Notes under the pieces: generated by a model | Told to the model about the DNA's origin: nothing | The model's input: the letters and a program-made list of their open reading frames with translations, nothing else | The model's database searches: none | DNA from: Hypanus sabinus | Lineage: Eukaryota | DNA length: 64,000 bases | Reading direction: 5' to 3' | Assembly (NCBI RefSeq): GCF_030144855.1 | Contig: NC_082707.1 | Coordinates: 57,474,001 to 57,538,000, forward strand | Shown: in pieces, positions 35,356 to 48,700 of the stretch | Position numbering within the stretch: the stretch's first letter is position 1 | Layout: every line of letters starts with the position of its first letter | Program-made: the position numbers and the translations under genes

Positions 35356-36319
35356 AAAATTTAAGAGTTGCTTCCTCCAACTCTTTATCTTGGAACTTTT
35401 AGTTTCAATGTTTCTATGTTTCATATGTCAAGACTTAAAGTAGCAATTTACTGTTCTTTGCGATCAACTTATTTTGCTTGTGTCATTAGGAACCTGTGCA
35501 GGAAAGTAGCAGGATTAAGATTAGAGAAATAGATGATAAATTTCACTACAATGGGCCAAAAGGGATTCCTTTAGATTCTATAATTGTCACTACCTTTGGT
35601 CAGTTTACTAGTTACTAATAATGCCACCAGTTATCCATGCAATACGCTAACCCTAATGGTAACCCTTACACACAATCAATTTCTTTTTGAGAAACGATCA
35701 CAAATCCTTTATTTCATTGCTTACACCCAACAAGGAAAATACACCAGTAATTTTGCAGTTTAATGTTTGGTATAGTTGTTTATTTAACTAAATTTACAAA
35801 CATAATGGATTAAAAAATGAACAGCATACATAAAACAAGTTGTAAATTCTTTTAACCTCATGCTATATTTGTTCTTGAGCAATTTCAGAGTCTTGTCATC
35901 AGTAAGCTGTAGGATCACTCTTTTTATGTGATAAAGGATCATTCTTTTTATGTGGTAGGAAGGATCAAAAAAATTCAGAAAAACGCATTTTGTGTTGATT
36001 ATCTGTGCAATTTCTATACTCATTGTGCTATTGTGATAATTTGTTGTATTTCACTATTTTATGTAGAAGAGATCACAAACTAATGATCGGTAAATGTTTC
36101 TGAGAATATATATGTACAGTGTATGATTTGTTAATATTTACAGTGCTTAAATTGAAGTTTCAATCCTATCCTACAAACTTATTCACAAGGTTCTGTGCTT
36201 TCGTGAAAATGTCTGATCAGTTATTCTTGATTGATTCTCATGATGATGGAGTTGTTTTATCAGGAAAAATGGAGCAAGGTGGGTTCATGGTGTTTGACTC
36301 TAAGCACTGATGTAGTTGA

Positions 36320-36650
36320 AACAAGATATTTGACCAGGCGGAGGCCTTGAAGATGTTTCCACCAGTGGATGTGCCCGGAGTATTCGGCATTTTCACAAGA
36401 TGAAGGACCAATGACCAGACTAAGATGAGAAGGAATTTCTCATCTCTGTGGGTTGTAAATCTTTGGAACTCTCTACTCCAATTGCTGAATCTTTAAGTAG
36501 ACTCAAGTAGGATCATTTTTTTGGATTAGTGGTACAATGAGTGTACAGGAAAATAAAGCTGAGGCCAACACTGAGATCAGCTATGAGCCTGTTATAAGAG
36601 AAGAAACTCCAAGGTGTGTATAGCCTACTCCCACTTTTACTTCTAATGCT
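36320..36650 (+). mobile_element. CR1 3' fragment, decayed
   Basis: gatgtttcc..gatgagaaggaatttc..tgtaaatctttggaactctct..gcctactcc. Confidence 0.55.
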
Positions 36651-37541
36651 CTCACATTTGTCAGCATGACTTTTGTTTTACTGATTCATATTTTAAATAT
36701 CAAAATGAATACTCTCATGCTCGACATATGACAATGTAAATTTACCATCTCTTCTGCTTTTAATCCATGATAGTGACTGGCTGCATAGGCTCAAGCAGTA
36801 TCATAGTACATGAGATCCCCTCATTATAAGGGGCCCCTTCCAATTTTCTGTATGTGAAGCTGGATTATCTATACAAGCATTAAGAAAGAAAGTTGAAAAT
36901 AAAATGGTTTATTTATTTATGTTTTTCACATAAATTCTGTGAGAGTGAACTTTATTCCTTATCTCAGATTTTTGCATAGTGATTTGTGAATTCTGTTGAA
37001 GCCATATTTCCGCAATCTGAATGCCAGTAAAATAGGAGTCACATGTTAGGTTTCTTGCATTGAAAAGTATGTAACAAAGTAGTCTTTAAAATCACTGTAG
37101 TTTGGAAGCACGTAATCAAATAGTATTTATACATTATGCCCCAATCTTGATGGTGTTGAGCACTAAAAAGTGAAGAGACCTTAGGACTTTATTGGAGACG
37201 AGCATGAACTAAGATGATTGAGAAGATTTTGCTCAACCAATATTGCTTAACAATCTTGTGTCAAGTATTTCCTTCAAAGCACTTTTGAATAAAGTATTGC
37301 AAATTTAATTTCATTATACATAGATATTATTTATTTTGTAGACAAGTTATGCACAAATAACACTTGTATAATGCTTTAGTAATTTTGTAGATATAGCATA
37401 TTTATGGAAGTTAAAAGTAGCTTATTAAAAATACATAATAAAGTGATACAAAAATACTCAAAACTCTTATTTCTCAGTGTTAGTATTAAAAATGTCACAA
37501 TGCCTTACAATTAGAAAATTAAATGATTGATGTTTTTGTAG

Positions 37542-37653
37542 TCACAAAATTATGCACATTTTGGAGTTCACAGGAGTTTCTGAAGGACCATCATCAGCTG
37601 GCAATTTAGGAATACCATCTAAAGTTTTCAGTTTTGGCAATGAAGAGAAAACT
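37542..37653 (-). CDS. LRR gene terminal exon (end of LRRcap + CIIL CaaX)
   Basis: tttttag|A GTT TTC...TGC ATA ATT TTG TGA; [36 protein letters not shown]. Confidence 0.9.
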
Positions 37654-40600
37654 CTAAAAATAAAGAACCACACAATTAAAAATAACCAGTTTGTTATTGG
37701 TTCAGTGTAATACTTACGGGTTTCGACCAGCTACTCATAGGCCAGCTATCCAATGCTAATGGCCAGCATGTTCCCAGCTTTCAATCTTGTAGGATTCAAT
37801 AATGAACACTTATAGAAAGAGTATAAAGCAGAAAATGGTTTGTGACCCAAGTTTTAATGTTATCTCACACTTGTTTGCATTGAATTCTAACTTTAATTTT
37901 TCAGTCTATTTTTCCAGCTGGTCTAGATCCCACTGCAAGCTTTGGTAATCTTCCTTGCTGTTGAATACAACCCCAATCTTAGTGTCATCTGCAAATTTGC
38001 TGATCCAGTTTACCACATTATCATCCAGATCATTGATATAGATGACAAACAAAAATGGACCTTGCACTGATATCTGTGGCACTCCACTAGTCACAGACCT
38101 CCAGTCAGAGAGGCAGCCATCTACAACCACTCTCTGGCTTCTTCTATGAAGCCAGCTTTTAATCCAATTTACTACCTAATGCTAAGCTAATGAGCATTCT
38201 TGAGCAATCTTCCATGCGGGACCCTGTCAAAGACCTTGCTGAAGTCCATGTAGACAGCATTCACTGCCTTGCTTTCAAAGGTCGAATTTAAAGCAAGGCG
38301 TTGAATCAACTTTCCTGCTAACTCCATCAAAAAAACACAATCTGGTCCCTGAGAACACCTTCCAATAACCTTCCCACTATTGAGGTCAGGTTCATTGGGC
38401 TTATTCTTAGAGCCTTTCTTAAACAACAGAACAACATTAGCTATCTTCCAATTTTCCAGCACCTCAACCATGGCTAAGGACGTCTTAAATATCTCTGCTA
38501 GGTCCCCTGCAATTTCTGCATTAACCTCCCACAGGGTGCAATGAAATACTTTGTTAGGACATGGCGATTTCATAATTCCCTTGAAACTAATGGCATTATA
38601 ATCACTTGATGCAAAGTGTTCCCCGACACAAACTTCAGTCACCTGCCCTCTCTCATTCCCTATTAGGAGATATGGTATTGCACTCCGTAGTTGGGACTTT
38701 TATGTACTGATTAAGAAAACTTTTCTGAACATTTGACAAACTCTTTCCTACTTAGCCCTTTTACAGTATGGGAGTCCCAATCAATATGTGTAAATTTAAA
38801 ATCACCTTCTATAACCAACTTAAGTTTCTTGCAACAGTCTGCAATCTCTCTGCAAATTTGCTCCTCTACATTCATGTTGGGTGATCTATAATCCCATTAA
38901 TGTGGTCATGCCTTTCTTATTCCTCAGTTTTGTCCATAAAGCCTCAGTAAACGAAGTCTCCAGTCTGTCTTGACAGAGTACTGATGTGACATTTTCCCTG
39001 ACTAATAGTGCTACCCCTCCCACTCTAACATGTCGAAAACAGTGGAACCCCAGAACATTAGGCTGCCAGTCCTGCCTCTCCTGCAACCAAGTCTCACTGA
39101 TGGCTATGATGTCATAATTCCGATGCCATGCCCCAAGCTCATCCACCTCTCCAATAACACTCCTTGCATTGAACTATACACAGCTCAGAACATTAGTCCC
39201 ACCATGCTCAACCTTTTCATCCCTGTCCTTATATGTAGGCTTATCTTGCTGCACAATCACACCACTATCTGTTCTAGTGCTTTGGTTCCCATCCACCTTC
39301 ATCTCTAGATTACTAAATTCAACAAATTTCTTTATGTATCCAGAATAAACACAAGATTCTATTTGTACAGAGCCGATATTTTATAAAGGTTAATCATCAT
39401 TGTTGATTTTGTAGCCTATGTTTTTGTAACCACTTTCTCTCTTGTTCTCCCTCTTGCAATAAGGTATTTTATGATTTATCAATATTCACAATGCTTTTTT
39501 TTTCACTATGTCAGTTTCACAATATATCTGACTTTTTGTTGTAACAGATACCACGCTATTCTCCATGCATAGGAATGCCCATCACTCACTCTATCCAGTC
39601 TTTTCAATTAATGAAAATTTACTTACTAAGACATTTTCCAGGAATGTATCCCTTTTGAAAATGAATGAATGACTGAATACACACACATACACCCGGTGAT
39701 GATGTCAAAACAGTGCTTTGATTGCTTTCTTATGTTTGGTTTCCATTATGTTGTAGCCAATGACAATTGTATACTTAGCAAGTTATTTATTTCCTCTGTT
39801 ATACAGTGCACAGCCTGCAGCTTGGCTGTGATTGATGCACATTCACACTAAAAAAGCAATTTTCAGTAATACCTAACAGTGAGTATGTAATATTCACTGA
39901 CCTCCCTGAGATCTGAGAATCTAGAATTATCCGCAACATTACCAGACCTTCTCCAAAGTCCTTTGGACTCTTAAACTCCTTTTTGCTGTTCCCATACATT
40001 TCTGCTTGCTCAAAATACTGCAAACTCCTGGGATGAAATCATAGCACTTCTAGAGATCTGACCACCTTGTCAGCTTCTAGGACTCAGAGCTATATATTTT
40101 ATTGTCTTTGGGAGCTCTATAAGTTTGCAGTTAACATTCACGTGACTTTTCTGTGCTCTTAAAAATTGTATTATGTAAATAAAATTTCAGTTAAAGGGTA
40201 TTTTAATTTGCTTTACGCAGATAAGTCGATTTTAAGAAGTAAGAATTCTCAACAATTCTCATTAATGGTCACTCTACCATCAATTATGAAGTAATTATGG
40301 TCATAATCATTAAACAGTTAAATAGAGTACTACACCAAAGAAAGAGGCCATTTGGGCCAGGTTGACCTGATCTTCTGCCTAGTCTCATCGACCTGCACCC
40401 ATGCCATATCCCTCCAAACCTCTCCAATCCAGCTATCTATTTGTACTTCCCTTAAAATTTTACAATTGTGCCTGTATCTACCACTTCTATTGGCAGTTTG
40501 TTTCACATCATACTGCCCTCTGGGTGAAGATGGTCTCCCTCATTTCACCTTTCACCCTAAACCTGTGATTCCTAATTCTAGTCACACCCAACCTGAGGGG

Positions 40601-43600
40601 AAAAGACCTGCATACATTTACGCTATCTATGCACCTCTATTTTTGTTTGTCTCTGTAAGATCTCCCTGTATTGTCCTGTGCTTAGGGGAGTAAAGTCCTA
40701 AACTATTCAACTTTTTCCTATAGCTCAGGTCCTCAACATTTCTGTATATTTTGTCTACTCTCTTCCAAGTTTATTAATATCCTTCTTGTTGGTGGAGTGA
40801 CCAGAAGTGCACACAATACTCTTAAACTTGGCCTCCTCAAATGACCCCTTTTCCCCATATAGTTAAAGGTTTTCCCAGCAAATTAATATGCACATACCTG
40901 GATCGATACTTATCCTGAAATTCACAAGGATTCCTTCTTAATGTAAGTGATTCTATCGGAGATGGCCCAAGTTCATGAAGTCCTTTTAAAGTCTTTATAT
41001 TATTTTCAGATAATGACAGGTGCTGAATTTGGGGAATTTTCGGCAGTTGTTTAAAAGATGTTAAATAGTTTTTGTTCAGATTCAGTTCTTTACATCTGCA
41101 AAAAAAAATATGTTAGAATCTGCAAGACAGCCGATTTTATGTAAAAGCACAAAATCAAAGCAGTAATTACATAAAATTCTCAATAATGAGAAACAGAAAT
41201 CAGGTACCTGGGGAAAGAGAATTAAATTTTAAGATCGAAGGTCAGAATTCATTTTGCTCTTTCTACTAAAACTAAAATGGCTGGTTTCCCAGTCAGAATC
41301 TTAAGGAACAAAGTACAACAATTCAGAAAGGAAACAAAATATTTGTGAAGAATGTGGTCCTGAGTGTAGACTGAACAACTGAAAGGTACCACAGTGAATA
41401 GGCTATCTGTATATCCTTTCTCAAAAGTGAGGCACAATTGCACATTTGGCAGCAGTAATAAAGAGTTAATAGGATTAAATCAGAGGCATCAAAATGAATG
41501 AAATGGGAGCCATGTACCAACTCATCCAGGCCAAAGCCTAGGATAAGCATTAATGCTCCTCACCTGAAGAAAAGGACAGGTCAGAAGCACAAATTATAAA
41601 AAGATAAATTAACAATTTAGTTATCGCCATGTTGATCATACTCCACAAGCTATCTGGGCAACCATTATGACCAGAAGATACAGTAGGTGTGGAGTTTGTG
41701 AAGGAAGATTTTGCTTTCTCATCATGAATTGAACCTCTAGGAGCTTGAACCTGATTATCTTGGCCTGGGCAGAAGGAGAGTAAAGAGAGGAAGCAAAAAT
41801 GTGGATAAATTAAAGGACAACCCTACATGATTGAGAAATATGTAAAACATGTAGCAAGTACTTTAAAATGGCTCTATATAAATACTGGGACTAATGAAAA
41901 TAAAATCTGCATCTACGGGGTGGAATATTAGTTATTAACCCTTTACCTTGGCAGCCTGACAGAGCTAAGGTCTGTCAGAAAATTGTCCACCAGTTGAAGC
42001 TTTTCCACTCGAATCAACCTGCGAAGAATCTTATAAAAATTTTCCAGCTGATAAGGATCACCAAGACCCTGATAGGACAAGTTTACTTCCTATATGATAA
42101 GAATTAAATATAATGATTATGAAGAGACTTGTAAAATATAATGGTTTACCTTCAAGTAATTTTGTGAATTGTCTTAAAGCAATTGCAGCACTACAATTTT
42201 ATTTCAATTTGTTTTGCTCTTTGGAGCAAGAAACATCCAATTATACAATCCAATTGCACTGTTGTAAAGTGATTTTGACTGCTTTTATTATAACGTCTGT
42301 TAAGACCTCCAGGAGGCCATTGATTCAGCAATAAGATAGTCATTTCAACTGCTTAGCCTATGATTTTCTTTCAAACAGATAACTCAGACTTGCCTGAACT
42401 TTTATGTGGAAGATTATCTGACTCTTGCTGCATATCAGATTACTAAAGTTGAAATTGTCTTTGTATTTTAAACCACTCTGACCCATCAACTTCCACATTT
42501 CATCTATAACATGCACTCAATCAGGTTTAAACATTTAAGGCTTTAAATTCAGCTGTAATTTTTCTATATGCAAAAGGACTACTGGTATTTACCTTTTTTT
42601 ATATGAAGACTGGTCTGAGATATCCAGTATGTGCTGTTAAATAGCAAAGGTCAGAACTAAATAACAGGGTCAGGGTCCTAAATTTTTTGGTTTCTTCTTC
42701 GGCTGTCCATCGATTTTCGATGATGACTGAGTCCTGGGCAAGGTTGTTTGCAAGACCTGCAGTTGCCCATGCTGCAAGTCTCCCCTCTCTACGCCATTGA
42801 TATTGTCCAAGGGAAGGGCATTAGGACCCATACAACGTGGCACCGGTGTTGTCGCGGAGCAATGTGTGGTTAACTGCCTTGCTCAAGGACACAACATGCT
42901 GCCTCAGCTAAGACTCGAACTAGCAACCTTGAGATCACTAGACCAATGCCTTATCTATGTGCCACACAATCTTTTGGTTTACTGCACCACTGAAGTTCGT
43001 ATAGAGTCTATTGACAGTCCAGTCATCAGAGTTTATATTGGAGATTTGCCTCATCAGGCTTAGCTACAAAAGGCCTGGTGTAGGATCCAGACCTCGTGGA
43101 TTAGGAGGAAAGGAATGGGCACCGGCCAATGTGAACTGAATAGTTCTGGTTTGCTGTGCTCCACACAACATTGAGGTTGGGCCTGAAGGAGGAACAAGAC
43201 AAAGTTCTCAAAATCTCTTAGGTTTCTAATTTCTTCTCCTCTTCACCTAAATTAATCCAACAAAAAGCAGGGTAATCAGGTCAATGTTCACATAGTTGTC
43301 TGTGATTATGATATTAATGAAGAGTTCACCTGGGTGTACAACTCTGGGATTAAACTCCAAAAGAACTACCCTTTCCTCCTCCATTCACAATGACCCAGTA
43401 CACAGCAGGGCTGCAACCAACCAGCCCTTCAACATTCTACACTCATTCCCATCAATTCACCTCCTCCCACAGATCATCAAGCTCCAATCAATGAAGAATG
43501 TACAAAACAAGATGGAAGAAAAGAGCAGCATTGTGATTAAATAATTAACTGAGGCCTTAAAAAAAACATTGTCTTAAATACCCTTCCATTTACCCTTGTG

Positions 43601-44084
43601 CAATTACAAAACCAAGGTCTTTCTTTGTGTTTTGCTTTCAGATAATATGTTCCAGGTGACTTCAGCAGAAATAGAAGCAGGCTGCCTAGGTCCTTGCTTT
43701 GGTTGCTGTGATATTCTTGGCCAATGTGTTTTGGACCCAAGAGGCCCCCCATCAAGTTCTGATCCACCTGCAGTGGTGTAGAGGCAGTCCAGGCCACTGG
43801 CTGCATGTGGGTGACCAACTCAGAAATCAGTCATGGATAAGAAATACTCTGACTGGAATCTCCACCATTAGGATACCTTTGCCATCAGTTGGCCTTTGAA
43901 TGTGGGACTTATCAAACCATTTATCAGATTCCTTCAATATGCAAATAAGATCGTTTATTGCTAAGTCTCACCAGGCAGTTCTCCCAGTTTTCAAGTGCTT
44001 TTCGTTTCAATGCATCTTCATTCTGCCTTTCCTTATTCGCTGGTCTTCCTCCATCTTTGAAAAACAGATCTTCAGGTGGTGGAC
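37542..44084 (-). CDS. Uncharacterised leucine-rich-repeat protein (LRRs + LRRcap, C-terminal CaaX); 4 core exons, start codon not located
   Basis: Phase-compatible exons 44084-43972, 42089-41947, 41095-40898, 37653-37542 give ...[95 protein letters not shown]...[35 protein letters not shown]...MCIIL*. It shows repeated LxLxxN motifs and an LRRcap (NP..YR..V...LP.L..LD). Confidence 0.9.
37850..39300 (-). mobile_element. CR1 LINE ORF2 with internal deletions
   Basis: Reverse ORFs [46 protein letters not shown]. Confidence 0.9.
40318..40845 (-). mobile_element. CR1 LINE 3' fragment
   Basis: Reverse complement resembles the CR1 C-terminus and 3' UTR. Confidence 0.7.
40898..41095 (-). CDS. LRR gene exon (three LRR units)
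   Basis: ttttgcag|A TGT AAA...TCC AG|gtatgt; 198 bp; [65 protein letters not shown]. Confidence 0.92.
41947..42089 (-). CDS. LRR gene exon
   Basis: atag|GAA GTA...CCA AG|gtaaag; 143 bp; [47 protein letters not shown]. Confidence 0.92.
42692..42968 (-). mobile_element. tRNA-derived SINE with RTE-like (GAA)n tail
   Basis: Reverse strand: GTGGCACATAG A-box-like, GTTCGAGTC B box, gtgtccttgagcaaggcagttaacc body, tail catcatcgaaaatcgatggacagccgaagaagaa. Confidence 0.75.
43972..44084 (-). CDS. LRR gene exon (N-terminal to the repeats)
   Basis: gatag|GT CCA...TGC CTG|gtgaga; 113 bp; [37 protein letters not shown]. Confidence 0.8.
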
Positions 44085-44734
44085 CTATCACATGGAGATT
44101 TTTTTGATTTAAAATGTATAACAAGTGATTTTGAAGAATGTTCATTGGACTCTCAAGTCTTTAACCATAAGTGTTTTATAATAACTGGTAGATTTTGGCT
44201 CCAGGACTCATCAGTTCACTTGGGAACATTCTGAAGGCAATTGCAATAACTTCCACCTTAGAATTTTAATATGCTATCTCACAGAAGTCTGATTCTAAAA
44301 AAAAATAATTAAATATATTTTACTGAAGGAAAAGGTGAAGATTACAATGGGGATGTTGAAGTTCTTATTTTGAAGTTCATGAACAACGTATTACAGGGGA
44401 AACATCTGGAGATAGAGTAAACTAAATGGTAATGAATTTGTGGCCAGTTCAATTTCTGCCCATTGATTTTAATAAGGAGAATTGAACAGGGTATGAAACA
44501 AGTTGCCAAGAGTTTTTTTTTACCTATTTTGTGCCTCAGTGAAAACCAATTTCATCTTCTGTTTAATTTGTTTATTCTGGCTAAATTTCTATTGAAGTGA
44601 AGTGTTGATTAATAAATGAACATCCCATCTGTAAAATAAGACAACGTCATCAGGATCTAATCCATTTTGTTGTTGTCAGTTTATTATAAAAGCACTTCCG
44701 AGTACTAGCTCAGTAGAGCTTTATTTCTCTAGAC

Positions 44735-45785
44735 CAGGGGTGGGCAAACTTTTTGACTTGTGGGCCACAAAGTGTTCTAAAATTTGACAGGGGGGCCGGA
44801 CCAGGAGCAGATGGATGGAGTGTTTTGGTAATACACCTCATAAGAGAAAATAAAATATCATGGGATATGTAGAAAACAGGTGCTTTAATTTCAATTGAAA
44901 ATGAACAAATGCATTACAACAAAATATCTGTCTTTGAAGTCCCATGGTATTTAGCTATTTATTGAAATGACTTTTAAAACACTGAAAATTAAATGAATAA
45001 AATACAGCTTTTTTAATAGTAACGGTTATTATTTTAAAGCACTGAAAATTCTGTTATCCTTCAAGATATTATCATCATCACTCTCCTCCTGACTGTCTTT
45101 ATTTCAAAAACGGTAGGAGATGCAGGTCTACTTGTCCTGCTCCTTCTTATTCAATTGTCCCCTGTGCCAATACTCAACAACGACCAGCACAAAGACAGAA
45201 CAGTGAGAGCGCGCCAGTATGCGGAGCGCGTTATTTGATCTAGAGCGCATTTTTTTATTTTGAGAACGTACGTGCACCTGCGCACTACTCATGTCCATCA
45301 CTTAACAGAAATGACATGTAACATGTAAGGCTTATTGAAAAAAATATTTTCAAATGCATTTTTTACATAACACAACGAAGAAACTTATTTTTGATTTCAG
45401 TGGGAACAGTGTTGTTGGTCTCCCTTTTTAGCCAGCGCATCAAAGTCTGGATTTAGTTTTGTTGTGGCGATTCTCAGGATGGATCTGAGGTGTTGGTCAG
45501 TTAACTTGGATCTGTGGCTGGCTTTGTTGATGTTCATGACGCTGAACGCCTGTTCACACAAATAGGTCGAGCCGAACAAAGAGTAAAGCGCAAATGTGGA
45601 GTAATACGCTGCACCTCAACAAAGGTCAATGTATATAGAGTGCGTCATCTATTGGGAAAACGCCAGAACTGCGGGGAAAAAACGTTAACAAGGTTTATTA
45701 ATATAATTTCATCAAGTTCTGCGGGCCGGATTAAAAAGCTTAACGGGCCACATATGGCCTGCGGGCCGTAGTTTGCCCAAGCCTG
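44735..45785 (-). mobile_element. Non-autonomous hAT (Charlie/Buster-type) transposon, 1051 bp
   Basis: Perfect 8-bp TSD CTCTAGAC (44727-34, 45786-93); TIRs CAGGGGTGGGCAAACT / CAGGCTTGGGCAAACT; transposase C-terminus FGSTYLCEQAFSVMNINK..RSKLTD..L at 45397-45579 (-). Confidence 0.95.
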
Positions 45786-45793
45786 CTCTAGAC

Positions 45794-48700
45794 TCTGGCA
45801 CTGAGTCTAGCTCTGTGACTCAGAGGGGTAGGGGTGTGAAGAGGAGAGCTGTGGTGATAGGGGATTCAATAGCTAGGGGAACAGAAGGTGGTTCTATGCA
45901 TGAGAATGAGATTCCCAGATAGTATGTTGCCTCCCAGGTGCCAGAGTTCAGGAGACCTCAGACTGAGTTCTCAGCATTCTTAAGTGGGTGGGTGAGCAGC
46001 TAGAGGTCACGGTTCATGTAGGTAACAGTGACATAGGTAGGTCAAGTGATGAGGTTCTGCAAAGTGAGTTCAGGGAGTCGGGTGCTAAGTTAAAGGACAG
46101 GGCCTCCAGGATTGTGATCTCTGGATTGCTACCGTAAAAAGATCATACAGTTTTACACATGACTAAGGAGTTGCTGTAAGAGGGAGGATTTCTGGATTAT
46201 TGACCTCTCTTCCAGGGAAGGTGAGAACTGTACAGAAGAAACAGTTTACACTGAACTGGAGGGGAATAATATCCCAGCGGGGAGGTTTGCTAGTGTTGCA
46301 CAGGGAAGTTCAAACTAATGTTGCAAAGGGATGGAAACCCTAATGCCAGAACAGATAGTGGAGAGGTTGTGGAGTCAGATGTTGGTAAGACCTTAGAGAA
46401 AGTCAAGAGACTGAGCATGGTATGAGTAATGTTCTAAGCTATGTATATTTCATTCAAGAAGTATTGTAGGAAAGGCAGATGAATTCAGTCCATGTATCAA
46501 CATATGGAATTATGATATTGTAGCCACTAGTGAGACTTGGTTGTGGGAGGGGCTGGATAGGCATCTCAAAATTCCAGGTTTCTGTAGTTTAAGAGCATCC
46601 CTCTAGCAATGAAGACCAAAATTTCATTTGCCTTCTTGCTGCACCTGCAAACCAACCTTTTGTGATTCATGCACAAGCATTGCCAAGCCCTTCTGCACAG
46701 CAGCGTGCTGCAATCTTTTACTATTTAAATAATAATCTGCTCTTCCACTTTTCCTTCCAAAGTGGATGACCTCGCATTTACTAACATTGTACTCCATCTG
46801 CCAGACCCTTGCCCACTCACTTAACCTATCTATATCTCTCTGCAGACTCTCCATATCTTCTGCACAATTTGCTTTTCCACTTAATTTAGTGTCATCAGCA
46901 AACTTAGATACACTACACTCGGTCCCCTCTTCCAGATCATTAATGTATATTGTGAACAGTTGCAGACCCAGCACTGACCCCTGCAGCACACTGCTCACCA
47001 CCGATTGCCAACCAGAGAAACACCCATGTCTCTCAACTCTCTGCTTTCTGTTGTTAACCAATCTCTATCCATGCTCTCATGTTATCCATACATCATCCCC
47101 AACTTGATGCATCCTTATCTTATGGACGTCTTTTTCATGGCACCTTATCGAATGCCTTCTGGAAATCCAAGTAAATAATAACCATCTGTTCCCCTCTATC
47201 CACTGCGCTCGTTATATCCTCAAAGAACTCTCGCAAGTTTGTCAAACAGGACCTGCCTTTGCTGATTCCATGCTGCATCTGACTGATGGATCCATTTCTT
47301 TCAGATGCCTCACTATTTCTTCTTTATTGAAAGCTTCAATCATTTTTCTAACTACAGATGTTAAACTAACTGACCTATTGTTGCCTAGCCCTTACCTACA
47401 TTCCTTTTTGAACAATGCTATGGCATTCACCTTCTTCCAATCTGTCAGGACCTGCCCAGAGTCAAGAGAATTTTGGTAAATTATCACTAAAGCCTCAACT
47501 ATAACCTCTGCCATTTGTTTCAATACCCTGGAATGCATTCTATCAGGACCATGAGTTGTCTATCTTTAAAGCCACAGACAGTAGATGATTATTACTTTCC
47601 ACATATTTACTGGGATTTCCATACTGTTAAAGACTAGTTGGAATGAAGGTGTCAAGTGTGTTCAGGAAAGTTTCCTTAATCAGTACATAGAAGTTCCAAC
47701 AAGAGACTGTGTGACACTCAATCTGCTATTAGGAAATGAGAGAGGTGAAGTGACGTAAGTTTGTGTAAGGGAAAACTTTGCATCTGGTGATTATAATGCC
47801 GTTAGTTTCAAAGTGGGTATGGAAGAGGATAGGTTTGCTCTGTGGTTGAGATACTAAATTGGAGGAAGGCCAATTGGATGGTATCAGAAAGGTAAGTGTG
47901 AATTGGGTCAGGCTGTTTTCCGGTAAACATGTATTTGGGAAGAGGGAAGCCTTTAAAAGTGAAATTTTGAGATTACAAAGCTTGTATGTACCTGTCAGAA
48001 TAAAAGATAAAGATAACATGTTTAGGGAACTGTGGTTTTCAAGAAATATTGAGGCCCCAGTTAAGAAAAAAAGGAAGTGCATATCAGGCATAGCTGGGTA
48101 GGAACAAATGAGGTGCTCATGGAGTATAATAAATGCAACAGACTCTAAACCAGGAGATCTAAAAGAAGGCATGAGATTGCCCTAGCAGACATGGTGAAGG
48201 AGAATCCTAACGGCTTCTTCAGATGTGTGAAGAATTAATGCCGGGTCCATTGTTGCTTGTCATCCATATCAATGATCGGGTTAACAGGATTAGCAACTTT
48301 GCAGATGTCACCTAGATTGGGGGTGTAATGGACAGTGAGGAAGATGGTCAGAGCTTGCAGTGGGATCTGCACCAGCTAGAAAAATGGATTGAGAAATGGC
48401 AGATGGAACTTAATGCAGACAAGTGAGAGGTGTTGCACTTTGGTAAGACCACCCAGGGTAGGTCTTACACAGTAACTGGTAGGATACTGAAGCACTGGTA
48501 GAACAAATGGATCTGGGAAGACATGTACATAATTCTCTGAAAGTGGCATCACAGGTTGATATGGTTGTAAAGAAAGCTTTTAGCACATTGGCCTTCATCA
48601 ATCAAATTGCTGGGTACAGGAGATGGGTTGTTATTTTGAAGGTGTTGACGAGGCCTTATTTGGAGTACCGTGAGCAGTTTTGGTTAGCTTCCTGCAGGAA

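Noticed and set aside
42895-42968. tRNA gene
   Set aside because: The A/B boxes belong to a SINE head followed by body and tail, with no complete cloverleaf. The same applies at about 20390-20455.
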